Positions 1 through 8,837 of a stretch of 64,000 nt of DNA are shown here, one piece after another. Source of the DNA: a virus (taxonomy: Duplodnaviria > Caudoviricetes); the IMG/VR virus record IMGVR_UViG_3300021387_001666, positions 1-64,000 of that record. One strand, 5' to 3'. The position numbers and the translations under genes were made by a program. The notes under the pieces were generated by a model. That model made no database searches. It was not told the origin of the DNA and was given only the letters and a program-made list of their open reading frames with translations. How positions within the stretch are numbered: position 1 is the stretch's first letter; every line of letters starts with the position of its first letter.

Positions 1-596
1 CTTTTTATTCTTGGGATAGTATATTTTTTATAAGACCTACCGCTTAAAAGATAATAAATGGCAGAAGAAGCCATTTTGTATTCTTTACTTATTTTTGGAA
101 CAGACATTCCACTTTCTCTTTTATCAAATATGTCGTTTATTTGCTCTTCAGTTAATGGACTTTGTTGTATAACAGGCGTTGTCAACGCTTTTTCATCACT
201 CAATCCAGCATGTTTTCTTTTATCAATAGTAGAACTATTTATGCCTGTAATTCTACTCCACTCAGCAATAGTATGTGTTTCGCCGTTTAATGTTAATCTA
301 CGGTTATTCTTACTATTGTTATTTTGTTGCAAATAAGAAACCCATCGACAATTATGTGGTTCATAATTTCCATTGGAATCTATCCTATCGAGTGTCATTT
401 TCTCGTTGTAACCATTAGCTAAAGACCAATCCCTGAATTGTACATAGTCATTTTTCCACTCATCACATACTACAATACCTTTACCCATATAATTTTTATA
501 TCCTATAGACTTCGGGTAGTAGCATCGAGCTTTCATGCCACACCAAATTCGGTAAAGCCTTGTTTTTGAGCCATGTTCAAAATATTTTTTGTTCAT
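1..596 (-). CDS. HNH-type homing endonuclease with C-terminal HTH (3' end runs off the window; missing from ORF track)
   Basis: Manual translation from ATG 596: MNKKYFEHGSKTRLYRIWCGMKARCY...VCDEW...TLDRIDSNGNYEPHNCRWVS...QNNN...LTLNGETHTIAEWSRITGI; typical phage HNH family; frame open to base 1. Confidence 0.85.
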   Translation of the reverse strand, partial: MNKKYFEHGSKTRLYRIWCGMKARCYYPKSIGYKNYMGKGIVVCDEWKNDYVQFRDWSLANGYNEKMTLDRIDSNGNYEPHNCRWVSYLQQNNNSKNNRRLTLNGETHTIAEWSRITGINSSTIDKRKHAGLSDEKALTTPVIQQSPLTEEQINDIFDKRESGMSVPKISKEYKMASSAIYYLLSGRSYKKYTIPRIK

Positions 597-609
597 ATTT
601 ATTTTTTTA

Positions 610-678
610 TTACATCCATTCTTCACTACACCCAACCATCATCAAGGCGGTAAGTGCTAATAGGATAATCTTTTTCAT
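610..678 (-). pseudogene. Lipoprotein signal-peptide stub (22 aa)
   Basis: MKKIILLALTALMMVGCSEEWM*; basic N-terminus, hydrophobic core, lipobox VGC, then stop just before HNH gene. Confidence 0.45.
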
Positions 679-871
679 ACTCTGCTACTATTTATTGATT
701 TCTTTTATCCCAATTATGACGACACATTTCTAATACTATAGACCATTTCCACCACGATAAGGAAATTTCCCATAAATACCAAAATTTATGTCTGCATTCA
801 ACGGATGGTAGAATATATCTCCATCCATAATCCACTATTGCTTTATAAAAATTTATTTCCATACTCTACTA

Positions 872-1120
872 TTATTGATTACCTTTAAGTTGTTCAATGA
901 ATCCATGAATGTCTGCCATAAGGTCTAACTTGTAAAACTTTTCAGCAGCATTACTACCAAGGTTTAGGTTGGTCATAAACTCTTCTATTTCGTCAAGCAC
1001 ATAGTTTGCGCCTGCTTCAATACCTAACTTGTATGATAGCTGTTCGGAATATCCTACATCACCTTGTTCTTTTCTAAAGGCTGTGGATAACTCTTCGGAC
1101 TTTTCTTTAATACTTTTCAT
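872..1120 (-). CDS. Hypothetical phage protein
   Basis: 82-aa ORF in minus-strand gene block; GIEAGANYVL segment resembles small Bacteroidetes phage proteins. Confidence 0.65.
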   Translation of the reverse strand: MKSIKEKSEELSTAFRKEQGDVGYSEQLSYKLGIEAGANYVLDEIEEFMTNLNLGSNAAEKFYKLDLMADIHGFIEQLKGNQ

Positions 1121-1147
1121 ACGCCTTTTTTGTTTTATAATTATTAG

Positions 1148-1218
1148 CAGGACTTATAGGAGTCGAACCTATAACCTCAGAGCCAAATTCTGATGTATTA
1201 CCGTTATACTAAAGTCCC
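1148..1218 (-). tRNA. tRNA-Gln(TTG)
   Basis: Acceptor GGGACTT/AAGTCCT, anticodon stem TCAGA/TCTGA with loop ATTTGGC, T arm ATAGG-TTCGACT-CCTAT; no encoded CCA. Confidence 0.9.
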
Positions 1219-1316
1219 TGAAGAATCCCCTCCGCTGAGGGGAAAATAGTAGCAAATGAAAAAATTTTAAAATATGATTATAAAGTGTTGAAGTGACCCT
1301 CACGGGCTTATATTGA

Positions 1317-1820
1317 AAAGTGGCACATGCTGTAGTTAAATGGTTAATTTGATACAGATAGGAAGTCATGAACCACAGCATTTGAGATATGTTGTGCTTT
1401 CAGAGATTCTTGCAAGATATAACATATTACACTTCTAATGAAGCACCCTTTGAGTGATAACCCTTCGTATGTTATAAATCTCTTTCCGCACCCTTCCTTT
1501 ATTCTCACACGGAATAGATACCTCATACCCTTCCTTTGATATGGTAGCATTCTTCATAGAGGTCAGTGCCTAACGGCTCTTCTACTTCTCGCGTACCTAT
1601 TTTTCGCCCTCAAAGCCCTAAATAGCACCTAACAGCACTCCTTGGATTTCTCCGTGGGCTGTTACAGGGGCACTGGTTTGTGCTACATACTGTTGCCCCT
1701 TTTTCTGAGACTAAGAGATTTTGGAAGATACAGACAGTCGCTCACCATAGTAAAGCCCTTAATCATTAGATTCAAATGTCCTATACATCTGCCATGACTG
1801 TCTGTAAACCGTGCCACTTT
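1317..1820 (-). ncRNA. Unassigned ~500-nt large structured RNA upstream of tRNA-Gln
   Basis: Closing 10-bp helix 1811-1820/1317-1326; internal helices 1796-1806/1729-1739, 1713-1721/1476-1484, 1694-1700/1666-1672, 1658-1664/1630-1636, 1371-1381/1327-1337; no credible ORF; promoter and boxA-like element upstream. Confidence 0.7.
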
Positions 1821-1831
1821 ATATGTAAACC

Positions 1832-1867
1832 TGTCAAAGAACTCTCTTGTTTCTTGCCGCAAAGGTA
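1832..1867 (-). promoter_or_regulatory. Bacteroidetes -7 promoter (TACCTTTG, 1860-1867) followed by boxA-like GTTCTTTGACA (1832-1842)
   Basis: Matches TAnnTTTG consensus; boxA-like motif typical of stable-RNA leaders. Confidence 0.7.
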
Positions 1868-2009
1868 TATAAATAACTTGGAGCTGAAATGAGTCTAATA
1901 GTCACACTAAGATTTTACTTATTTTCATGGGTATCAAATATAAATAATAATATAAAACCCATGATGAATGCCAGTGTGACTTTGACTATTAATGGTTCTA
2001 TAGATGTAT

Positions 2010-2288
2010 TCATTTTGAAAATAGATTTAAAACATCGTCTATACTATATTCATTATTCTCAGGAGGAGTGAATTTGCTTGAGGACTCAGAAGGAGGGAGA
2101 GGGGAGGGGAAGAGGTTATTAATATTATGCCTATTCTTGGAAGATGAAAGTATTACCTCCCCCTTTTCCTCATTCCCTAAGGCTTCTAAGGATTCAACAT
2201 AGAGACTTATGAGCCTGAATATGTCAATATCTTTGGATAGTCCTCTTTTTAAAACAAACACCTCTATGTCAGATAGTCTTATCTTCAT
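2010..2288 (-). CDS. Hypothetical protein
   Basis: 92-aa ATG ORF co-oriented with neighbours. Confidence 0.55.
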   Translation of the reverse strand: MKIRLSDIEVFVLKRGLSKDIDIFRLISLYVESLEALGNEEKGEVILSSSKNRHNINNLFPSPLPPSESSSKFTPPENNEYSIDDVLNLFSK

Positions 2289-2369
2289 GAGAATCGAACA
2301 TACAATATCCTATGATAGCTGCTATCAGGAAAGCTGCTGATGTCAAAGCCAATGAATAAATGAGTATCA

Positions 2370-2618
2370 TCATTGTTCATAGTATTTAGAATAGTTATTA
2401 AGCCTGGCTTCTCCCTTAGCAAAGAAACACCTTGCTACCAGTTGTGAGTTGGAATGTGTGGGAGATACAAAGGGATTGAGGTTTTGTTGTCTTCTGATTT
2501 GCTTTGAAACCAGCTTCCTCATGATAGGATTGAGTTCCTTATGGAAAGCTATAAAACTCTTGTGACTCTGCTGTAGATCCTCTTGGATGTCCAACATTGC
2601 TTGTTCTTTTGCATTCAT
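2370..2618 (-). CDS. Hypothetical protein
   Basis: 82-aa ATG ORF with AT-rich leader. Confidence 0.65.
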   Translation of the reverse strand: MNAKEQAMLDIQEDLQQSHKSFIAFHKELNPIMRKLVSKQIRRQQNLNPFVSPTHSNSQLVARCFFAKGEARLNNYSKYYEQ

Positions 2619-2769
2619 ACTGCTAATGTTTTAAAGGGTTATAATTAAATGGATTGTAAGCTGTGGATATATCTAAAGGGCAATAAAAAGAGAGGGAGCG
2701 GAAAGTATTACTACCTTCCTACTCCCTCCATACAAAAACCCTTTAAATAACATGAAACCATGATATTAG

Positions 2770-2844
2770 TGAGCCTGAGGGGACTCCAACCCCTAACCGT
2801 GATTTTAGAAGAATCATGCTCTAATGCTGTTGAGCTACAGGCCC
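2770..2844 (-). tRNA. tRNA-Arg(TCT)
   Basis: Acceptor GGGCCTG/CAGGCTC, D arm GCTC..GAGC, anticodon stem TGATT/AATCA with loop CTTCTAA, T arm AGGGG-TTGGAGT-CCCCT (variant T loop). Confidence 0.88.
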
Positions 2845-3190
2845 TTATAGAAGGAGCCACTATATTTATTCTAACTTATTATGGCGTAAAGAGGAAAAAT
2901 GCAGTGTGGCTCCTTCTAATAGATTATACTATTCTGTATTCATTCTTAAGCTTTGGCTTTAGCTGCCATGCTTCTTCCTTCTGAAGGTAAGACAGCTTAG
3001 AGTCGTCTGCTTCATAGTTTATCCAATCAGTCCAGGATACTCCTTCAGAAGTGAATATTTGGTATCTTTTCTGTATCATAGTTTAATCCGGTTAGAATTG
3101 TATCTTCCTCTTCATCGGGAATACCTATGTATGGATAGTCAAGGCAAGGCTGCTTTGCTGCCTGTACCATTCTGTAACCTTGGGATAGTG

Positions 3191-3583
3191 TCATTGTTTC
3201 TTAGCTATAAGTTTTTCTATTTGCTGCATCAAACTAAGAGTTTCTTCCTTGACTCTCTCAATAGGCCACTTTTCTCTTGTGTCACCATAGTGGACAGTAT
3301 CAAAGCCAATGACTCTGAAGTTCTCCAAATCCTTGGGGTCAGGAATGCTTGTAAGAGGTATAAAAGACCTGTTCTCCATGAAATTCCAATTTTCATCAAG
3401 GGTTATACCTCCATGCACAGAAACTAAATAGTCAAGGGATTTATTATCATCCCAACCTGCTCCGCTCATAGAAGATATAGGAAGTTCTTCACTAAAAGCT
3501 ACATAACCATTATACTCCCCACCTCTGTTTTCTGCATGAAATGCGTGGTGGAAGGGGTTCATCATTAAGAATGCTATTACCAT
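3191..3583 (-). CDS. Conserved hypothetical phage protein
   Basis: NGYV...VHGGIT...IGFDTVHYGD motif set seen in a widespread phage family. Confidence 0.75.
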   Translation of the reverse strand: MVIAFLMMNPFHHAFHAENRGGEYNGYVAFSEELPISSMSGAGWDDNKSLDYLVSVHGGITLDENWNFMENRSFIPLTSIPDPKDLENFRVIGFDTVHYGDTREKWPIERVKEETLSLMQQIEKLIAKKQ

Positions 3584-3756
3584 AGTTATTTTTGTTTTTC
3601 AAATTCTTCAAATACCATATCATCAATGACCATATCTACATAGTCATGTGCCAGAGCAACATCTATTGATGTGAGACTTTCACCGTTAGCAGGCTTGTTG
3701 AGAAGCTTTTTGGCTTTAAGCAGGAGGGTTATCTTTTCTTGAGGTGTCATAATTAC

Positions 3757-4107
3757 TTATATCTTTAGGGTTCTATAGTCTAAACCATCAGGAGTATAGA
3801 TAGTGGTATAGTCAGGATTTCCCTCTGGAGAATTTCCTTTCATATACTCATAATCTTTCCATACTATAGGATGAATTTCATCATAGGACTTGTCTTCTCC
3901 TGGATAACAGAAGTTAATCATCACCTCTTTAATCTGCTGTTCTGTTAGATGACCATAGTAAGATATGGCACATTCTCCAAACTGGTCCATATAGAGGCTG
4001 CGGAACTTATTTATCTTCTCTCCCTTCTTATTTTCCCTTAAGGATAAGACATAAGCTGCATTAGCAAGGAAGGGAACCTCAATGTCTTGGATTGTTGTTG
4101 CGTACAT
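3757..4107 (-). CDS. Hypothetical protein
   Basis: 116-aa ATG ORF in operon. Confidence 0.7.
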   Translation of the reverse strand: MYATTIQDIEVPFLANAAYVLSLRENKKGEKINKFRSLYMDQFGECAISYYGHLTEQQIKEVMINFCYPGEDKSYDEIHPIVWKDYEYMKGNSPEGNPDYTTIYTPDGLDYRTLKI

Positions 4108-4137
4108 ATTATGTTTGTTTAAAGGGTTTGTTTGAAT

Positions 4138-4692
4138 TTATCTGTTATTCTCTATATATGTCATAAAGAGAGAGTCTATCTCACTAGTATCATCAATAGA
4201 TGATTTCTTTGTAGTAAGAATAAAAGATCTGAGAAGTAACATATCCTGATAAGGAGGCTCAAAGGAAGAAACATAGTTGATTGTGGCTTGTAAAGCTTCC
4301 TCTGGTGTAAAGTGGAAGTCATGTACAGCTACAAGGGTTCTGAGCTTCTGAGCTATTATATTAATCGTACCTCTCCATTTATGGGTAGTCCCTGGTTTAT
4401 TGCCCTGAGGATAACAGTTCATCAGTTTTATAGCCAACTCCTCAAAGTCTATACCAGAGTTGATTACTTTCTCATTGGATTCCAGAAGTATTTGAGCAAC
4501 TAAGTCCTTGTTGTTATTGGAAAGGATAATACTCATAGTCTTCATTACATTTCTTTCAGCAAGAGCTTTTTTGATAATAGTATTGTGACAGTCTTCTAAG
4601 TCTATCTCGAAGTAACCTAATAGTAGCAGAAGAAATTCTCCAAGGGAAAGATTGTGTTTCTGAAGTATCTTTGTATTTATTGTTATATTCAT
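4138..4692 (-). CDS. crAss-type conserved protein, possible replication/DNA-binding
   Basis: 184 aa; N-terminal wHTH-like region, FEEL...YP.G.K.GT..WRG segment. Confidence 0.6.
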   Translation of the reverse strand: MNITINTKILQKHNLSLGEFLLLLLGYFEIDLEDCHNTIIKKALAERNVMKTMSIILSNNNKDLVAQILLESNEKVINSGIDFEELAIKLMNCYPQGNKPGTTHKWRGTINIIAQKLRTLVAVHDFHFTPEEALQATINYVSSFEPPYQDMLLLRSFILTTKKSSIDDTSEIDSLFMTYIENNR

Positions 4693-4910
4693 AATCTAAG
4701 AGATTTATATTGTTTATCAGTAAGAATAATCCAGTTACCATTATAATCTTCACATAACCAGTCACCTAAACGAGCGATCTGACCATTGGTAAGATGGTAA
4801 CAATAGGAGTTATTTTCTTTATGGATAGAGGTAATACAAGACAAATTGAATATATCTTCAATGCATTTACCTTCAATGTGTATAGATTGTCTAAGTCTCA
4901 TAGCTAACAA
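4689..4910 (-). CDS. Hypothetical protein
   Basis: Short ORF overlapping neighbours; GDWLCED...W motif. Confidence 0.55.
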   Translation of the reverse strand: MLAMRLRQSIHIEGKCIEDIFNLSCITSIHKENNSYCYHLTNGQIARLGDWLCEDYNGNWIILTDKQYKSLRL

Positions 4911-5079
4911 GTTCTAAGCAATTCTCTGAAGCATAACTCTTTAAACCATCATTAAATTGAATGGTATAGAAGGGTTTGGTAGTTCTGCAAGTATCTACGA
5001 TAGTAACTATATCTCCTATATTGTTTGGGGAAAGGAAATTCTTAATTATCTTACACCTATCACCAATCTTATATTTCAT
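4891..5079 (-). CDS. Small SH3/KOW-like hypothetical protein
   Basis: MKYKIGDRCKI...GDIVTIV...E.CLELV pattern. Confidence 0.65.
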   Translation of the reverse strand: MKYKIGDRCKIIKNFLSPNNIGDIVTIVDTCRTTKPFYTIQFNDGLKSYASENCLELVSYET

Positions 5080-5087
5080 AAGTACAA

Positions 5088-5393
5088 TTACTTTTCTATT
5101 AAAGTATTAATTTCTTTTTCACAGGATTTCTTAGAAAGATAAGACTCAAGTATAGCATCATAATCAGGGAGAATAGCATACTCTACCAACGTCTTTATGC
5201 AATATTCAATAGATACTTGTTCTGTATGTATATCAGTTTTTTCCAGAGACAGAAATAATCTATTTTGTGTATAGCAAAGCCATGTAGTGACAGCAGTATT
5301 ATTATGTATCTCAAAACCTGTACTATCTATCACAATAGCTGTTATTTCATCTTTATTGGGAGTTTTAAAGGTGAAGACTTCGTTTTTCTTCAT
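5088..5393 (-). CDS. Hypothetical protein
   Basis: 101-aa ATG ORF. Confidence 0.65.
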   Translation of the reverse strand: MKKNEVFTFKTPNKDEITAIVIDSTGFEIHNNTAVTTWLCYTQNRLFLSLEKTDIHTEQVSIEYCIKTLVEYAILPDYDAILESYLSKKSCEKEINTLIEK

Positions 5394-5667
5394 GTTATTT
5401 GTAATATTTGGGTTTGTTTGGAGAATAAAATGTAATCTAATTACTAAAAACTGGACAAAAAAGATAGATAGCAGGACGTAATAGTTGCAAATATTGAACT
5501 ATAAAGGGCAGTAAAATGTGTAATGTTAAAATTGATAGGTTAAAAGTGTGTAGAGTTGGGAGGCTCCGCAATCCTTTGGGGGAGTGGATATTCCACAATC
5601 TCTACACACATAACTATCTAAGGCACAGACAGTTACAACATATTACTAAGAAGAAAAGCTGAGTGTA

Positions 5668-5982
5668 TTAAACACCCAACTCCACATCTTCCCAAGCATT
5701 TGCACCCTGCTTACAGAGAGAATAGTTGCCACTCTCAAGTTCAACAACCTGGAGAGAGTCCTTCTGCTCTGCAATCTCACGAGGAGACAGCTCTCCCATC
5801 TTGCTAGAGAATGCAACAAAGCAGCGGCTGTTATCCTCAGGATTGGTGAAGATACAGGACTTGAAAGCCTCACCTGTTTCCTTATTGACAAAATCTCCCA
5901 CCTGCATCTTGCCATGAGACTTGGCAAATGCCAGAAGTGACCAACTGTTCTTAATACCTACATTCTGAGCTGTATTAGCCAT
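5668..5982 (-). CDS. Conserved beta-rich protein, paralog A
   Basis: 104 aa, highly similar to 8359-8676 product. Confidence 0.85.
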   Translation of the reverse strand: MANTAQNVGIKNSWSLLAFAKSHGKMQVGDFVNKETGEAFKSCIFTNPEDNSRCFVAFSSKMGELSPREIAEQKDSLQVVELESGNYSLCKQGANAWEDVELGV

Positions 5983-6108
5983 AATGAATTCAGGCCCCTA
6001 ATTGTCCTGTATGTGCTGCAATACTAACATAAACTATCAAGGACAGCAAACCCTATCAAGCCTTTAAAACTATTTGAATTTCACATTAGCATAGCTAACT
6101 GCTACTCT

Positions 6109-6149
6109 CCAAAATATAGGGGTGGTGATGTGTCTCTTGACTACTTATA
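6109..6149 (-). promoter_or_regulatory. Repeated phage-specific upstream element, copy 1
   Basis: TATAAGTAGTCAAG...CACCA..CCTATATTTTGG, 41 nt; same spacing as copy at 8131-8171. Confidence 0.55.
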
Positions 6150-6350
6150 AAACTACAAAGCCTCTTCATCTTGCAGGACTTACCAAAAGAAAGAAATATA
6201 AAAGAAAGAAAAGGTAGTCCAAAACCTAATGTGGTGTGCTGGCTTTATCTTATTACATTAATATAAATCATTAATGGATTTAGTAAGTAGCATTATAGTA
6301 TAGATACTTTTAATTAATTATGCATTGTTAAATATTAAAAGGATAACATT

Positions 6351-6638
6351 ATGAAAGATTATTTTTATTTAAATCTGTCCAAGATGATAGAGCTCTCCAA
6401 GATATTGGGGAACAGTGAGATTAAGATGATGCTGGGAATTATGTATTGTCTGAGTATTACAGGCGAGAAGTGGTTTGTTAATAATGCAGAGAATAGGAGC
6501 AGAATAGCCAGTATAGGTTTTAACAAGACTCCTGAGAGAATAAGCACACAGCTTGGCTCTATGACTAAGAAGGGTGTTCTGAAGAGAGAGGCTAATGGTG
6601 TCTATAGTATTCCTGAAGGGCTATTTATTGTTCCCTAA
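6351..6638 (+). CDS. RepL-like winged-helix protein (short)
   Basis: C-terminal wHTH: ..ISTQLGSMTKKGVLKREANGVYSIP. Confidence 0.65.
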   Translation: MKDYFYLNLSKMIELSKILGNSEIKMMLGIMYCLSITGEKWFVNNAENRSRIASIGFNKTPERISTQLGSMTKKGVLKREANGVYSIPEGLFIVP

Positions 6639-6698
6639 ATAATATAATATAGAGAGAGAAAGTTAACTGCTTTAATATCAGCATTTTATAGAAAATTA

Positions 6699-6783
6699 CA
6701 TCCTCAAATATGAGTGAAACATCCTCAAATATGAGGCAACTTGTATCAAATATGAGGAAAACTTCCTCAAGAAATGAGGAAAA
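6699..6783. repeat. Four ~21-bp iteron/operator-like repeats with palindromic core CCTCA-AATA-TGAGG
   Basis: TGAG at 6711, 6732, 6753, 6775 (spacing 21,21,22). Confidence 0.85.
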
Positions 6784-6818
6784 AGTAGTCATTAGAATGA
6801 TTAAATAGTAATCAAATT

Positions 6819-7283
6819 ATGAGTAAATATACTACAAGAATAGTCTCAAATAGAAGATTAGACCCAGAGACTAAAGAGTTGAGGGAATACACTTACAGAA
6901 CAGAAGTTATAAAGAATGAGGTAGAGCCGTTCTTTCTAACATATAGCAGGGAAATACTGGCTCTATATGGTAAATCCATATTTAATGCTACTACCAAGGT
7001 ATTGTGGAAACTACTGGAGTTTGCAGAGTACAATACAGGAAAGGTATATATCACAACCGAAAGGAGAAATACCATTATGGATGTCTGTAGTATCTCAAGA
7101 GCATCTTACGACAGAGCTGTCAGAGAATTAGTGGAAGCGGAGATTATGAAGAAGGAAGGAAATACTTATACCATCAGGCATGATATGTTCTGGAAGGGTG
7201 ACAGGGATGAAAGGAAGAGGTTATTAAATGCCAGACTTAAAATATCATTCTCCCCTGTATTTCCTAAAGATATTGAAGATTAA
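6819..7283 (+). CDS. RepL-like plasmid replication initiator / wHTH protein
   Basis: KVLWKLLEFAEYNTGKV...ISRASYDRAVRELVEAEIM...Y.I...FWKG, RepL-family pattern; RepL-like genes are known in crAss-like phages. Confidence 0.75.
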   Translation: MSKYTTRIVSNRRLDPETKELREYTYRTEVIKNEVEPFFLTYSREILALYGKSIFNATTKVLWKLLEFAEYNTGKVYITTERRNTIMDVCSISRASYDRAVRELVEAEIMKKEGNTYTIRHDMFWKGDRDERKRLLNARLKISFSPVFPKDIED

Positions 7284-7380
7284 TAAAAAGAAAAGAAAGG
7301 GAGGAGAAGGATAATCCCCTGCTTAAAGCAAGACTATAAAGGAGCTGAACTTATTCAGGTAAAGCCCAACTCCTTATCAG

Positions 7381-7599
7381 TCACTTTCTCAGCTTGGATG
7401 CAGCATCATAATACTCATAGTTGTCAATGGCATCTATCCAGTTGTACTCATCCTCAAGAGTATCAAGCAGTGCCTCAGTTGACTCGTAGTAGTAATGATA
7501 CTTGTCCACCTGGCTGATTGAACTGTTCCATCCAGCCACACACACCATATTGCTGACCAGCAATACCAGTACAGCAATCAAAAGCTTCTTATCTGTCAT
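7381..7599 (-). CDS. Small membrane-anchored hypothetical protein
   Basis: N-terminal hydrophobic helix. Confidence 0.65.
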   Translation of the reverse strand: MTDKKLLIAVLVLLVSNMVCVAGWNSSISQVDKYHYYYESTEALLDTLEDEYNWIDAIDNYEYYDAASKLRK

Positions 7600-7735
7600 A
7601 TCTAATTGAATTAAATGTTATCTACTAATATACCAGCTACTATTGCCAAAAGCCAGCTTATAGCTCATGGCATTAAGGTAAGAGGTGAAGTTGCCCCTTA
7701 CCAAATATCCATAAGAGTCAAATACCTTATACATA

Positions 7736-7999
7736 TCACAGAGTCTTAAAGTCCTTACAATGCTGGTTGTACTCCTCAATGGTAATCTTCATAGGACCAA
7801 AGCAAGTAATGATGATCTTAAAGCCCTGATGCTGAATCCTTGGTCTCTTAGGTCTGACAGCCTTAATCTCCCAGCCCTCATCAAGCATTTTCTTTAAGTC
7901 ACTTACTTCAAATTCCTTATGAGCCCTAAGTCTTTCCTTTCTGTTAGGTGTTGATGAACTAATGCACCATTCTCCCTTGTAAATCTTCTTATTGTTCAT
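7736..7999 (-). CDS. Hypothetical protein
   Basis: 87-aa ATG ORF downstream of repeated upstream element. Confidence 0.65.
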   Translation of the reverse strand: MNNKKIYKGEWCISSSTPNRKERLRAHKEFEVSDLKKMLDEGWEIKAVRPKRPRIQHQGFKIIITCFGPMKITIEEYNQHCKDFKTL

Positions 8000-8130
8000 A
8001 GTTGTATTGTTTTTAAGTCATTGTCTATCAAAAAGGCAAGATAAGATGTAATATGCGTCGAGTCCCCAAAGTATTTGCAACTACTACGGTTCATACTGCA
8101 CTCTTAGATGATTCATTACACCCTCTCCTG

Positions 8131-8171
8131 CCAAGATATAGGAATGGTGCTGTCTTCCTTGACTATTTATA
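8131..8171 (-). promoter_or_regulatory. Repeated phage-specific upstream element, copy 2
   Basis: TATAAATAGTCAAG...CACCA..CCTATATCTTGG. Confidence 0.55.
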
Positions 8172-8358
8172 AATCTAATGAAGTCTTATACCTTATTATA
8201 TTATATAGCACTAAGATAAAAAGCTAATACAGCTGCGCAGTTTTTAAAATTTTCATTTTGTTGGCTTTGAGGTTCTGCGATGTGTTTCCTTGAAATCATC
8301 AGCAAAGCATTTCAAAAAAAGAAGGGAAGCAGGATTTCTCCCACTTCCCATTCTCTCC

Positions 8359-8676
8359 TTACAGGCCAAGGTCAACATCCTCCCAGGCATTCTGACCCTG
8401 TTTGCACAGGCTGTAGTTGCCTGACTCCAGCTGAACCACTTGGAGTTCATCCTTCATGGTAGCAATCTCCCTTGGGGTCAATTCACCCATCTTGGAACTG
8501 AATGCCACGAAGCATCTGCTCTGGTCTGGTGCAGTGAAGATGCAGGACTTGAAGACCTCTCCAGTCTCCTTGTTTGCAAACTCACCGACTTGCATCTTCC
8601 CATGACTTCTTGCAAAGGCAATGAGTGACCAGCTGTTGATGATTCCCTGGTTGTTGTTACTGTTGTTCTGTGCCAT
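8359..8676 (-). CDS. Conserved beta-rich protein, paralog B (start ATG 8676)
   Basis: MAQNNSNNNQGIINSWSLIAFARSHGKMQVGEF...AWEDVDLGL; aligns end to end with paralog A. Confidence 0.85.
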   Translation of the reverse strand: MAQNNSNNNQGIINSWSLIAFARSHGKMQVGEFANKETGEVFKSCIFTAPDQSRCFVAFSSKMGELTPREIATMKDELQVVQLESGNYSLCKQGQNAWEDVDLGL

Positions 8677-8837
8677 AGTAGTATCTCCTCTCAGAGCTGC
8701 GGACCTATCAGAGTTCAGGTCTAACTCCACCACAAACCATACTGCTAACTTCGAAGGTGGTGAATCTCCTCTGTTAGGGCGGGGGTATATCCCCAATCCA
8801 AAATCAGGAGGGGGTGGTGTGTGGGTTTATCCCCGTC

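Noticed and set aside
58-336. + strand 92-aa ORF
   Set aside because: Shadow of the minus-strand HNH gene.
1169-1550. ORFs 1169-1381 and 1344-1550
   Set aside because: They overlap the tRNA or the paired RNA region and look like chance ORFs.
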